Of a stretch of 64,000 nucleotides of DNA, positions 45,171 through 62,700 are shown one piece after another. A program made the position numbers and the translations under genes. The stretch's first letter is position 1, and every line of letters starts with the position of its first letter. This stretch comes from Octopus vulgaris (Eukaryota), in contig OX597824.1 of assembly GCA_951406725.2 (NCBI GenBank), forward strand, positions 16,616,001 through 16,680,000, in the 5' to 3' direction. A model generated the notes under the pieces. The model did no database searches. It was not told the origin of the DNA and saw nothing but the letters and a program-made list of their open reading frames with translations.

Positions 45171-46113
45171 GCTTGGTGCTGCTGTTGCTGTTGTTGTTGT
45201 TGTTGTTGTTGTTAAGCAACAAGACGGGTAAGGGTGATTAGGTGATGGTCTAGGGCTTAGGGGTCAGGAGACCCCAGCCTTGGGAAAACAAAAAAACTTT
45301 GGTCGTCTTGTTGTAGTCAAGGGCTCTTCGTTGAAGCCCGACACCACTAGGAGGTGGCCGTCGAAGTCGCTGGAAATAAAGATCTCCAGGTCCAAATTCT
45401 TGAATGGCTGCTTTTGCTGAGTATGATGGTGGTATTAGTAGTGGTATTGGTAATGTTGTTGTAGCACCTTTTGTGGTGGTGAGGCTGTGGGTGACCACGT
45501 TGTCCAGTGTGGTGTTCTTGAAATTTTGTACCTAGTTTTTGTTGTGGTGTTTTGGAATGGTGTCGGGAGATGTCATTGTTAATGGTAGAATTGTCTTGGA
45601 TGATATTAGAAATAATGCTATTCTTGTTGTTGTCGTTGTTATTGTTGTTGCTGTTGTTGGTGGTGGCGTTGGTCGTGCTGTGATGATGATGCTTGTTGTG
45701 TTGAGAATTTTGGAAAGTAAGGGATTATAATGATGAACTAAAACGAAATGACCTTCTATATTTATATTTAAATAGCATATTATTTCACTAAAAAAATAGG
45801 GATCAAAAAGAAAAACAAAAAGAAAGAAAAATATATTATAAGAAATCTAAGAAAAGGAACACTAAACACAACAACAACAATAACAAAGCCGATTATCAAT
45901 AAAAAATAAATAAAAAATAACTACAACTACAACTTTTACAGCCACATAAGCGGCAGAAATATGACCGGCAATTATGAGAATGCTAAAAAACAATAAATGC
46001 ATATTTATAAACTAAACCTGAACAACCCTCACCCCACCCCAAAAAAATATCATTATTAAGAAAATATAGATAATAATATAAACAATGATAAAACTACAGC
46101 ATCAATATTAACA

Positions 46114-48145
<2,032 letters not shown>

Positions 48146-48905
48146 ATGCACGCCATTTCGTCTATAAACAATTGGATTTTAAATGAATATATTATTAGCA
48201 TTAGTTTAAAAAGAGGCAAATCCTGAACCAAGAAGCTTAACTGTAAATTCTCGCGGGCAATTACATTGCGATAAGTGTTTCTCCAGTAATTTCATCGTTT
48301 GGTAATTTCATAGCAAGGTAATTACCTGGTGAGCCAACATGTATACGTAAATTCCTTATCACAGGAAATATGTCGTCACTAGTAGAAGAGTCAGTCTTTT
48401 CATTTGCGGGTAATATACATCGCTAAATATTACGTGAAGGTTTTATTCGAAGACTTATTTGGTGAAAAATGAAGCGAAAGATTTACGGTGTAATGTAAGT
48501 ACACAGGTAAACATTATTTAGATTCTTTATTCGCAGAGAATCACAACCGTCAATGTTGCAGCGTTTTATCCGTAAAGTAAATACGTTATTAAACGTTATA
48601 TGATTGGACTGAAGGATTATTCAAACAATCAATGAGTTAATTGGTTGAATGATTAAGAAATTTACTAATAATGAATTAAAGAAGTGAAATGGAACCTGTT
48701 CAGTTGTGTATTGTTGGCATAATGACCAACAAAATCTACTTTAACTCATGAATCCATGTCGTGAATCTTTACATACCAAATGAAAGAACAAAGCATTATC
48801 TTATGATTTTGTTTATAAGTTCGCGGAAAAATTTATTTAAAATTGTTATGCATATAATAAACATTTATACATACATCGCTAAATATTATTTAAAGATTTT
48901 AAAGA

Positions 48906-49028
48906 TGCAGGAGTGGCTGTGTGGTAAGTAGTTTGCTTACCAACCACATGGTTCCGAGTTCATTCCCACTGCGTGGCACCTGAAGCAGATGTCTTCTACT
49001 ATAGCCTCAGTCCGACCAAAACCTTGTG
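48906..49028 (+). mobile_element. SINE family A head fused to a family D element
   Basis: The A sequence ends ..ACCTTGTGAG and continues CTGGCAGAATC (D). Confidence 0.85.
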
Positions 49029-49388
49029 AGCTGGCAGAATCATTAGCACGTGGGCTCAGCAGTATCTCGCCCGTCGCTACGTTCTGAGTTCAAATTCCGC
49101 CGAGGTCGACTTTGCCTTTCATCCTTTCAGGACCGATCAAATAAGTACTAGTTACGTACTGGGATCGATCTAATCGACTTAATCCGTTTGTCTGTCCTTG
49201 TTTGTCCCCCTCCGTGTTTAGCCCCTTGTGGGTAGTAAAGAAATAGGTATTTCGACCGTCGCTCCAATCTGAGTTCAGATTCTTTCGGGGTCAACTTTGC
49301 CTTTCATCCTTTCGGTGAAACACTGGGGTCGATGTAATCGACTAGTCCCCCCGCTCCTATTTAAGGTCCTGTGCCTATAGTAGGAACG

Positions 49389-49450
<62 letters not shown>

Positions 49451-49668
49451 GGCGATAAGCTGGCAGAATCGTTAGCATGCCGGTAGAAAAGCTTAGCGGC
49501 ATTTCGTCCGTCTTTACGTTCTGAGTTCAAATTCCGCCGAAGACATCTTTGCCTTTCATCCTTTCGAGGTTGATAAAATAAATACCAGTTGAACATTGGG
49601 GGTCGATGTTATCGACTTACCCCCACCCCACCCCCAATTGCTGGCCTTGTGGCAAAATTTGAAACCAT
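49029..49668 (+). mobile_element. SINE family D dimer (49029-49390), (ATT)n tail, second D monomer (49449-49668)
   Basis: Repeated D cores; second head AAGGCGATAAGCTGGCAGAATCGTTAGC. Confidence 0.87.
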
Positions 49669-50247
49669 TATATATAGGAATGTCATTTCGCTTCTGATAA
49701 TTTGTTACAAATTTCTCCTTACATCTTTGAAATTAATTTTGGATTAATTTTTTATTTATTTTACTTCTTTCACACGTTAGGGGTTGTTGCCATTCTTGAG
49801 CAACGCCATGTAGGGATTTTGTTGATATTCTCATACCCAGAACATTTTTTTGCTGAGTATGTTACTTAATCTGTCGGTCTCTTATTGACAACGCGTTATA
49901 GACGTGGACGTAAAAAGACCAACAACGGTTGCCAAGTGGCGACGCACGAACACGAAATGGCACATATACAAACAGTTGTATTAACATCAAACGACTGAAA
50001 AGTCAGTATTATTCTATATATTAGGGAAAATTGGGATTTGGTTGGTGTTCGGCAAAAGACAGCGGCCTCTGTGGAAGCGCAGTAGGGTAAAATTACGTGA
50101 CCTGGATGTTCCAGTGCCCACGTCATAAGTTACCCCTCTGCTAAAAATTAATGCGTACGTGATCTTAGTAATCTGTGTCTATATGTAAAGATCTTTCAAG
50201 GCGAAACCTCAGTATCTGACGTTCTAATTATATATCCACGTTAAGTA

Positions 50248-50286
<39 letters not shown>

Positions 50287-50288
<2 letters not shown>

Positions 50289-50500
50289 AACAGATGGACG
50301 ATTGGCGATTTTTCTTTTCTTTCTGTGGAGTTTTCAATTTCTCATGTGTGACTAAGAGCCATGCTCGAAACGTTAAAAACCCTCTCCTGTAACCGAGTGT
50401 AAAACTAATGCTATTCTCATGTTCGATTTTTTGCCTCTTCTTTTTTCTTTTCGTTTTTTTTTTTGTTTCTGTTCTTCGTTTTTAATTCAATTTTTCAATT
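50287..50500 (+). mobile_element. Short Penelope-like module after (TA)n with degenerate hammerhead
   Basis: GTGACTA-A-GAGC-cat-GCTC-GAAACGTTA at 50348-50375, then a T-rich tail. Confidence 0.5.
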
Positions 50501-51456
50501 GTTTGTTCATTGACTTCACTACACACACACACATACACACAAAAACACTCACACACATATGTATGTATATATATATATTATATGTATATTATATGCAGCA
50601 CGGATTTTTGTCAGTGAACAGGTCGCGACGAAAATATTTTGACAAATCAAACTTAAATGTTGAAGTGAATCGAACGGCTTTTGTGTGTTTCTTAAATGGC
50701 TTACAAATACCTTCCACGCTGCAATTGTTTTCGTTTCAGCACACGATCTCAGATCAAGTCACTTGCTATGGAAGTACATCTACGTAATATGTATATATAT
50801 CTATACATGTATGTATGTGTATATATATATCTATACGTTCACACACACACACATGCGCGCGTATATATATATATGTACAATATCCTACAATATAGTTTCC
50901 CCTCTATAAAATGTTGTTTCCATCACCAAACGACAAAGATGGAAACCTATTCTCACAACTTCCTTCTAAAATGTACCTTCAAATTGTTAAAATCAGTCGA
51001 CGTCAACTTCTGCACAACCTCTGCGCAAAGAGGATCTTGTCTGACCAAAAAGGGAAAAAAAAAATGTTATACCAAACATCGGTCACTTCTGAATCGCCTT
51101 TCATCATAAATCTTCTCCATCAATGCTTCCCTTTGATTGAATTACAAAATAGGCTTCAACTACATATAATGCTCTCTCTCATACACATATAGATTCCAGA
51201 TATGAAAAAATAGGTAGATATGTATTCTGTAGTACGTGATGATTCACAAATTCACAGAACTTCTCAATCCGCCATTAAGGTTGTCTTCGTAAATGTTGTT
51301 CTAAAAAAAAAAACAATGGCGGTTTTTGGTCATTAATCTTAATTTTGCCTGGTTACATTTTTGTCCTTTAGAATTTCTTTGTAAATATCAATTACTTTAG
51401 CTCAAATAAATGGCAGGAGAGGGATTTCTCGTAAGGAAAAATTATACTATGCGCGC

Positions 51457-51502
<46 letters not shown>

Positions 51503-51788
51503 TTATATAACTATATATATATATACACACACACACACACATACATATATATACATATATATATATATCTGTACGTATCTATGTAGATATACAACATATA
51601 TGTATGTATATATACACATATATATATGTATATATATATATATATGTATGTATATATCTATATATATACATATATGTATGTGTGTATATATATATACATA
51701 TATATAAGTATATATATACATATATACATACATATATGTATGTATATATCTATCTATCTATATATATATATATGTGTGTATATATATA

Positions 51789-51836
<48 letters not shown>

Positions 51837-51910
51837 GAGAGAAAGAAAGTAATAAGAAGAGACAGAGAAAGAGACAGAAGCACAGCTAGAAGCAGAACAC
51901 GAGAAATGGA

Positions 51911-52025
<115 letters not shown>

Positions 52026-52302
52026 TTAATGAGAGATGTGTAAATAAATATATACGTTACAACTACATACAAAATTCAGTAGAATTATCGGACGTGGGTA
52101 GATACAGGGACGCGGACAGCAAAAATACTTCTGGAATCAGAAATTGAAATAGATTAGGTTGGCCAATAACAAATGTTTCTGTAGTAGTTATACTAGATGT
52201 ATACAATATTCGTATAAAAGTACATACGCACATTCAAAAGCGCTTACATACTAACAGAAATACGTAACGTGAATATATGGGTGCATATATATATGTATCT
52301 AT

Positions 52303-52375
<73 letters not shown>

Positions 52376-52692
52376 AAATGCACAAATTTACACTCGAAAG
52401 CAAATTTTCCATCAACATACAGACGCACACATATTCCTGCGCAAATGTGAGCACACATACATATACACACGCTCAAATGTTCGGATTACAAACGGGAGCG
52501 AATGAACTATGTACCTACACATTAAAATATATAAATCCTTTTAATGGGCCTCAGATACTACAGGAGTTCCTAGAATTTTGCTCAAGAGCCTGTTTAACAT
52601 TTAATAAATGCCAAAAATAAGGCTGTAACAATATGTACATATGTATATATGCACGCACGAAGGAATGTATATATGTATGTATGTTCAAAACG

Positions 52693-52756
<64 letters not shown>

Positions 52757-52860
52757 TTACATACTCTCACACACACACATATATATATACATATATAAAA
52801 GTATATATATAATATATATCTGGGGAAATAAATGAAGGGCTTACATCGTACATGTATATA

Positions 52861-53688
52861 CAGGGTGCGGTGAATATACTGTCGTCTTGGCATCTTATTT
52901 TAACTGATATATTTACCAAAATTATATAAAGATATCTTGAAATACTAAAGAGTAAATTTACTCAATAAAATTACCATTGCTTTCAACTACAAACTCCAGA
53001 CGACTTCAGAATCTTCTACGACTCTTCTGGGCGGTCTCCTTGTTTAAGCTGGAGAATGCTTCCATAACCCTTGTCTTCAGTTCATCTTTGGTGTTACAAG
53101 AGGTTTTGCTGGTGTTTCGCTCTATTGTGCCCTACACATAATAATGATTGGGGTTGCAGTCTGGGAAGTTATGTGGTCAGTTGTTCGGATCATGTGGAGG
53201 AAGAAATTGTCTGACAACCCTGACCGGGTTCTTCTGCTCGTGTGGCATGGTGCAGAGTCTTGTTGCCAGACATGGTCTCTCAGCAGCTACACTGTTTGGC
53301 CAGTGCAGCCCTAACTCCACCAAGCGCTTGATGCAGGCCTCCGTGTTGAGTCTGAGTTTGTGTAAGATGAATGGAGGCATGACGTCGCCACTCCAAACAC
53401 CAAGATGTTGACTGGTTGTTTGATCTTTATCCCTCTCGGTGCATGTCTTCAGATTGGCACCCAAATACTCTGAAATATACGTATTTGAACTTCCGGCGGG
53501 AATGCCAAGCAGTACAGCATGTCGTTTCCAAATGTCTGTCGGAGTGAATTGCGTCATTGTGCTGTATTTCTCACTGACGGTGCCCAACTACCCCTACTAT
53601 ACTGTGTAGTCGAAAAAATCAAACACAAACAATGCACATGCGTAAAATTAAAAATAAAACATGGCGACAATTTACCCATCATACCATG
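52861..53688 (-). mobile_element. Tc1/mariner (maT/DD37D-like) transposon, internally deleted
   Basis: Degenerate TIRs CAGGGTGCGGTGAATATACTGTCGTC and GGCGACAATTTACCCATCATACCATG, flanked by TA. Confidence 0.8.
52958..53557 (-). pseudogene. Transposase pseudogene (maT-like)
   Basis: Reads MTQFTPTDIWKRHAVLLG.., GDVMPPF, WQQDSAPCHTSRRT, NFPDCNP.., YYV*GTIERNT and RLEFVVESNGNFIE*; only ~600 bp, so the middle is deleted. Confidence 0.85.
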
Positions 53689-53719
53689 TATATACGCCAT
53701 GTTGTATGTACTCACACAT

Positions 53720-53846
53720 CACATATATATATATATATATATATGCAGATATATGTACACATATACACAGACGTGTATATATATATATATATATATACAT
53801 ATATAATATATGCAGATACATGTACACATACACACACACGTATCTA

Positions 53847-53917
<71 letters not shown>

Positions 53918-53965
53918 ATAATATATCTGTCATCTATCTATCTATCTATCTATCTGTCTATCTAT

Positions 53966-54025
<60 letters not shown>

Positions 54026-54116
54026 CATATATACAATATATATATATATATGTATATATGTATATATATATATAAAGTGTGAGTGAAAAACTGTTTATAG
54101 TGTGTATGTATATAAT

Positions 54117-54162
<46 letters not shown>

Positions 54163-54617
54163 GTATGTATATACAATTATTTTGCTTGCACTGTCAACGG
54201 AAATTACTAGTTATATACTGATCATATAATGTTTATTACTAGGAAAACTTCTTAATTATCGCTTTTCTGCCTTATTCCATCTGGAATATATCAAAACTGA
54301 AAATGAAACGAAAAGAACAAAATAGGAAAAAAAAATATACCAAGACAAACAAATAAAAAAAAAAACCCAAAGGGAATATATATGTATTAATAAATAAATA
54401 TGTACGTTTAAAATAAGAGAGGAAAAAACAATAGAAATACCAAATGAAGAAAGCAAAGAATACAATAATACTAAGAATAGCCTCAACAATACCCTCCCAC
54501 AATGGTCTTTTTACTCTCACCCTCCTCCCTATTCTCCTCCAACCACTACTACTACTATAACTACTACTACTGCTGCTGCTGCTACTGCTATTAATAATAA
54601 TAATAATAATAATAATG

Positions 54618-54653
<36 letters not shown>

Positions 54654-54689
54654 GTGATAATGATAATAATAATAACAATAATAATAGTA

Positions 54690-54758
<69 letters not shown>

Positions 54759-55349
54759 GTGATGATGATGATAATAATAATAACAATAATAATTAGAAGA
54801 ACAAGAATGAAAATAATGTAGGAAAATATGTCACATCAGGGGTAAGAAAATAGATTTGAAATGCAAATACAACAACAACAAGAACGACAAAACAGCGAAT
54901 AAAAAAACGCATAGAAAGGAAATAAAAAGGGAATAATTGTAAGAAATAAGACAAAATAGTAAAAATTATGACAAGGTAAAAAAACAGGAAAATAAGCAAT
55001 AAAAAACAATCATGATTTCTTAGGTTCTTATCTTGTTGTTACCAATTGAAAGATGGTGGAATAATTTTGTTCCATTTGTTATTTGCTTCTCGTTCGCTTT
55101 TTTTTCTTTTGCCTCGATAATAGCAATAAAAACTATATAACTATAGTAACATTAATGACCAGTTAAACTGCAGAGAATATGGAAGAATATGCAAATGTAC
55201 GCAAACGTAAATATATAGATATTTATATATGTACACATGTACGCAAACACACATCGGGCCTACACTCTTGTACCTCTGCACAGCGATATAAAGTATTTAT
55301 ATATCTATGTATATATGCATGTATGTATGTATGTATGTATGTATGTATG

Positions 55350-55393
<44 letters not shown>

Positions 55394-55505
55394 TAGGTAT
55401 GCATATGTATGTTAACATGCATACAATCTCACAGACGTATACACATATATGTTTCTGCATTTGAATTTGCTCAATTGAAACTAATGCCTATTTGCCTATG
55501 TATGA

Positions 55506-55561
<56 letters not shown>

Positions 55562-55769
55562 GAGAAAGAACATAAACATATACACATACACACACACATA
55601 TTTATAATATAATATATATATGTATATATATATGATTATTCATATATATATATTTATATATATATTTATATACATATATATATACACACATATATACATA
55701 AACATATACATATACACACACACACACATATATAATATAATATATATATATATGTATATATATGATTTA

Positions 55770-55815
<46 letters not shown>

Positions 55816-56044
55816 TAAATTTGTATGTATATATACGTGGACACGAATATACACACATGTATAGACATATAAATCAGGAGATAAAGCGAGAATGAAGAGG
55901 AGGGAGAGAGATGTATAGTTTCTGAATCAGAATGTCGGAATAAGAGTAAAACTCCAAAAGGCATGAATGAAAAAATGGTAAGAACATTTAAACACTTCCT
56001 CTGCAGCCAGTACTACAACTTAAGCAACAACAACAACAACAACA

Positions 56045-56123
<79 letters not shown>

Positions 56124-56538
56124 TTACTGCTTATGTAACTTAGATAAATTTTGGCAATTATTCGATCCAATGTAACATAACATGGCTGCAATAAAAATAA
56201 TGGTGTGTGATTGAGGTACAAGCCTGGAGTTTTGAGTGAAGTCGCTTAGTCGATACCATTCACGCCATTGGTTTTGTCGACCCGGGAGAGATAAACAGTT
56301 AAATTAACTTTTAAAGGATTTGTTTCTGAGAATGTAGAGAAGTCGGAATGAAAAACGTTATGGAATTTATTTCGATGATCAAAATATTCTGCTAACACAC
56401 CACCTAAAAACAACAACAACAACAACAACAACAATATTAACAATGTACGTGTGTATTTTAATATGTATGTATAGATGTACATTTATATATATACGCATAG
56501 ATATATACATATATATGCACACACATACGTATATCTGG

Positions 56539-56580
<42 letters not shown>

Positions 56581-56772
56581 GCATGCATACACATATATAA
56601 ATATATATACATAACCATATATATATATAATATATACGTATATATATATATTAATATACATATACATACATTTACATATATATATATATACGTTCACAGA
56701 CACACATAGATATAGACATATACGTATACATACATATATGATAAACATATGCACGTATACACACACATACGG

Positions 56773-56850
<78 letters not shown>
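53720..56850. repeat. Microsatellite-rich region (TA)n, (TATC)n, (AAT)n, (TAC)n
   Basis: Direct inspection. Confidence 0.88.
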
Positions 56851-56853
<3 letters not shown>

Positions 56854-57816
56854 CGCACATATACTGAAATAATAACACGGACTTCAATAAATGTCGTGAA
56901 AACGACATTATGTTAAAATTTATGACATATACGTATGCAAAACATTGAACAGTACTAGCTGCAGCAAGATCTATTCTTTAAACTTACAGAAATTCTATCA
57001 AAAAGCCAGTGGCCCGGTAGTTCAACCATATTTGGTCTCTTCAGTGACAAGCACACCACACTTTCTTAGCTAAGCAGAAAATATTTGTAAAGAATTTATC
57101 GATTTGTCTGAAAGCTCTCCTTTTAAGAATTACATTACTATATGCATTTAATACAGATTTTTATTAAAATCTCGGTGTGTATAACATTAATAATGTGCTT
57201 GAAAACGTGAAGACCCTTTGATGTGTTTCTCAAAGATACGATGTGAATGCAGTGCGACACTGGATATCGTATTTGTTACCCGTACAGGTGATTTAATCTA
57301 TGCTTCAAAGGCTTACACAAATTCAGTTCTAGTATGGCTAAATCGGTAAGTATAGCATTTACCAAATAGGAACATGTAATACGTACCGTTTTCTATATCG
57401 GATCAAGAATTTGCAATATAGCCTAGAAGATCGAAAGCATTCATCACTGAGGGGAAAAATAAAATGAAAACTGCCTGTCAGATGATTTACTAGCGTTATT
57501 GAGCGTGGCATGTATTTTTGGTACATCGTCATACAGAGGTTTCTCTGGAATATAGAGTTAGAATCATTTCATATTTGTATACAGATTATAATGTTACAAG
57601 CATACGGCATCGTCAAAAGTGCCGACAGTTTTATTAATGATAAATGGCGCATGAAAACAATAGGAGAAACCATTGATAAATATCAGCAGTCGAATAAGGA
57701 AATATATATTTACATATACAAAATGTAACAATCAGATATTGTTATAAAGTTTCGGTCGAAAATATTGACATCCATGCAGCATATATATATATACTTATAT
57801 AAATATATTTATATAA

Positions 57817-57874
<58 letters not shown>

Positions 57875-57975
57875 GTGTGTATATGTATACATATGTATGT
57901 ATTTATATACATGGTGTGGATAATGTCTTTCACTATTGAATTGCTTAAAACAAGTTCTTTCGCTTAATTATATAC

Positions 57976-58026
<51 letters not shown>

Positions 58027-58120
58027 CATGTATATATGTAAATGTATATATATATATATATACATACCTATACATATATATATGTAAACACACACAATAT
58101 ATATATATATATATATATAT

Positions 58121-58270
58121 ACGATGGGCTTCTTTCAATTTCCGCCTACAAAATCCACTTATAAGGCTTTGGTGGACCCGGGGCTATAGCAGAAGACATT
58201 TGCTCGACGTGTCATGCAGTGGGACTGAATCCGGAACTATGATTTCGGGCAGCAAGATTCCCACAACCAC
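58121..58270 (-). mobile_element. SINE family A, 5' half, degenerate
   Basis: ACGATGGGCTTCTTTCA.TTTCCG.CTAC.AAATCCAC..GCAGTGGGACTGAA. Confidence 0.75.
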
Positions 58271-58629
58271 GCACAATTTTCACAATGTGTGTATATATAT
58301 AAATATATATAGATATATATATATAGAGTGTGTATGTATGCGTATATAAATTACACATTCTTGAGGCTGTTGTTAGCCTCTTATTTGATGAATAGACACA
58401 ATATACACAACATCTAGTAGACATAATGTGCAAATGTAGAGCCACAGGATCTGGGAACATCTGTGTGTTAAAAAGGTTGCAGTCTTTATTCTTTCGCAGT
58501 TTATTAAATTAGACAGGTTATGGTTGTTGTTGTTGTTGTAGAGATTGCTGTTGGTTTTATAATTGTGCTGCATATTTTTGTTGTTTTTTGTTATTGTTGT
58601 TACTGTTGTGGTGCTGTTGTATTTGCCGT

Positions 58630-59730
<1,101 letters not shown>

Positions 59731-60000
59731 TAAATAAACGTGAGATTTGTAGTTAATGATAAAATTAGTGGGAAGGAGAGAGAGATAATCAAAGGAAAAA
59801 TCGTGCGATACACACAGACACACACACACACCAGTACGCATACGCACGCACAAACACACACACATATACATATACACATGTATATATATATATATATATA
59901 TATATATGTGCGTGTATGTGTATATTTGTAAATATGTATATATACATATATGTATGTGTATACATATACATATACATATATATATTATACACGCACAAAC

Positions 60001-60045
<45 letters not shown>

Positions 60046-60492
60046 CCTATGTATATAGATAGAGTGTAAAAGAGAGAGTGAGAAAGTGTGTGTGTGTGGA
60101 GAGAGAGAGAGAGAGAGTGACAATGGATAGCTGGAAAGAAAAATTAGATACGTTGAAAAATTAAAAAAAAAACATAAATACTCGTTTAAAGAAATGTGCA
60201 CGGCCTAAAAGTATATTTTCCAATCTGTGACACCATTTCAAAATGAACCAGGTCACGTATAGAATTTCATTTCGTTAGAAATTAGCCTCAGGTTCTCCTA
60301 AGCTCTGATCCATTTAGAATTGCTGCCGTTTATAGCTCTATACATGTTGTAGGGAGTGAGGGTTTTCTTGTTTTGCTTTCTGTATGTGACTGTAAATACT
60401 TGTTTGTATGTATGTGCTCGTTTGTGCACGTATATTACAGCCTGTATGCGCATGCATATACATTTGTGTATGTAGATGTTTATATATGTATG

Positions 60493-60572
<80 letters not shown>

Positions 60573-61032
60573 AATGAAGAGAGGGGAGAGAGAAAGTGTG
60601 TGTGTGTGTGTGAGGGGGTGTCTGTGTGTGCATAGATATACGCGTATGGATGCTTGTTTGATTGTTGATGTGAATAAACGAAACTCTGAGAGTGTATGAG
60701 AATACATACGAGTGTTTTGTTTCTAAGTTGTGCGAATTTCTTATGCGAAACCATGTGTGAAGCCGATACTGTAATAAACTGTTTTAATATCTCTTTAGAA
60801 GTTTTTTGATAAAGCTTGGAAACTAGAGTTGCAGTTATAATGAAAACTATTAAGTTCTTAAGAATTAGGTAAAATATCAAAAAATTATAGCCCAATAATA
60901 ATAAAATAAAAATCAGGTAGAACAGTCACTAAAAACCGGATATTTTGTAGGACAGGAAGTATATACCTATATTTGTCTAGAAAGGTGTAACATCACTGAA
61001 ATTCTATGAAATAAAATAATCTTCCCTATATA

Positions 61033-61459
61033 GACGCAGGAGTGGCAGTGTGGTAAGTAGCTTGCTTACCAGCCACATGGTTTCGTGTTCAGTCCCACTG
61101 CGTGGCACCTTGAGCAAGTGTCTTCTACTATAGCCTCGTGCTGACCAAAGCCTTGTGAGTGGATCTGGTAGACGGAAGCTGAAAAGAAGCCCTTCGTTTA
61201 TATGTATATATATATATATGTATGTGTGTATATGTTTGTGTGTCTGTGTTTGTCCCCCTCCCCACAACATCGCTTGACAACTGATGGAGGTGTGTTTACG
61301 TCCCCGTAACTTAGCCACTCGGCAAAAGAGACCGATAGAATAAGTACTAGGCTTACAAAGAATAATCCTGGGGTCGAGTTGCTCGACTAAAGGCGGTGCT
61401 CCAGCATGACCGCAGTCAAATGACTGAAACAAGTAAAAGAGATTAAAAAGTAAAGAGTA
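61033..61459 (+). mobile_element. SINE family A, full length
   Basis: Complete head, body and tail ending AAGTAAAAGAG. Confidence 0.92.
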
Positions 61460-61690
61460 TTGTGTATAGAGTCGAATTAAGGATGATATATTATTGCGAG
61501 GTGTAGAGAATTAACAGAGACACAGCAGTGTATGTTCTAGAAATGCTCTAAATACTGAAATACTGTCGGTGAAATTAATTCCAATAAAGTTTTATGGAAG
61601 TCTTTTGTAATGCGATTCTTTAGTTCCACCTCAGCTTTCATACAAAAAAAAAAAAAAGAAAGAAACTATGTTCGAAGACGTTGCAGTTGT

Positions 61691-61890
61691 TTTAACACAC
61701 TCACTGGTAAAATTTTTCAATAGAGTAAAAACTATTGAAAAAGTTGCATGACGCAACGAAACTTTTAGAAAAATAAAGAAGGAAATGAGTGGAAATTTTA
61801 CCGGTGAGTGTGTTAAATTATAAGGCACTAAAAGAGAATGACTTTCCCCAGACACAACAGAATATGCTTCAACACACAAACTCATATAAA
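61691..61890. repeat. Nested palindromic repeat element
   Basis: 25-bp arms TTTAACACACTCAC(T/C)GGTAAAATTT at 61691-61715 and 61793-61817; inner hairpins TTTTTCAATAG/CTATTGAAAAA and GTTGC/GCAAC. Confidence 0.78.
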
Positions 61891-62010
61891 TAATCTTGCA
61901 AACCAAATCCCCAAACGAAACATTATTATTATTAGATAGAAAATTTCAGAACATATTTTTATTAAAAAAAACCCAGCTTCCTTTTATGATTAATTATAAG
62001 ATATATAATA

Positions 62011-62415
62011 GGTGCAGAGTGGCTGTGTGGTAAGTAGCTTGTTTACCAACCACATGGTTCCGGGTTCAGTCCCACTGCGTGGCATCTTGGGCAAGTGTCT
62101 TCTACTATAGCCTCGGGCCTACCAGACCCTTGTGAGTAGATTTGGTAGACGGAAACTGAAAGAAGCCTGTCGTATATATGTATATATATATGTATGTGTG
62201 TGTTTGTGTGTATGTGTTTGTCCCCCTGGCATTGCTTGACAACCGATGCTCGTGTGTTTATGTCCCCGTCACTTAGCGGTTCGGCAAAACAGACCAATAG
62301 AATAAGTACTGGGCTTACAAAGAATAAGTGCCGGGGTCGAGTTGCTCGATTAGAGACGGTGCTCCAGCATGGCCACAGTCAAATGACTGAAACAAGTAAA
62401 AGAGTAAAGAGAGTA
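62011..62415 (+). mobile_element. SINE family A, full length
   Basis: Complete head, body and tail. Confidence 0.92.
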
Positions 62416-62516
62416 TATACCAATATAATTGTGACATTGGTGAATATGAATATGGCTAATTTTCCTCTGTTATAAACCCATCTTGTGTACATAAGTTTTG
62501 ATATTATTACGTGTGT

Positions 62517-62700
62517 CCAAGGCTGCAAAATCGATAGCACGTCGGACAAAGCGCATTGCGCGGTTTATTTGCTACTGTTTACGTTCTGTGGTCCTTTTTC
62601 ATTTCAGGGTCGGTAAAATAAGGAACATGTTAGTTACTGGGGTTTACGTAATAGATTTGCCGAACACTTCCCAATTTATTACCATGCGTTTCAATTAGAA
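62517..62700 (+). mobile_element. SINE family D, very degenerate
   Basis: AATCGATAGCACG..TTTACGTTCTG..CAGGGTCGGTAAAATAAG..TACTGGGGT. Confidence 0.55.

Noticed and set aside
50085-50135. Imperfect hairpin GGGTAA..CTGGA-TGT-TCCAG..TTACCC
   Set aside because: It is too bulged and the loop is too small for a pre-miRNA; no other support.
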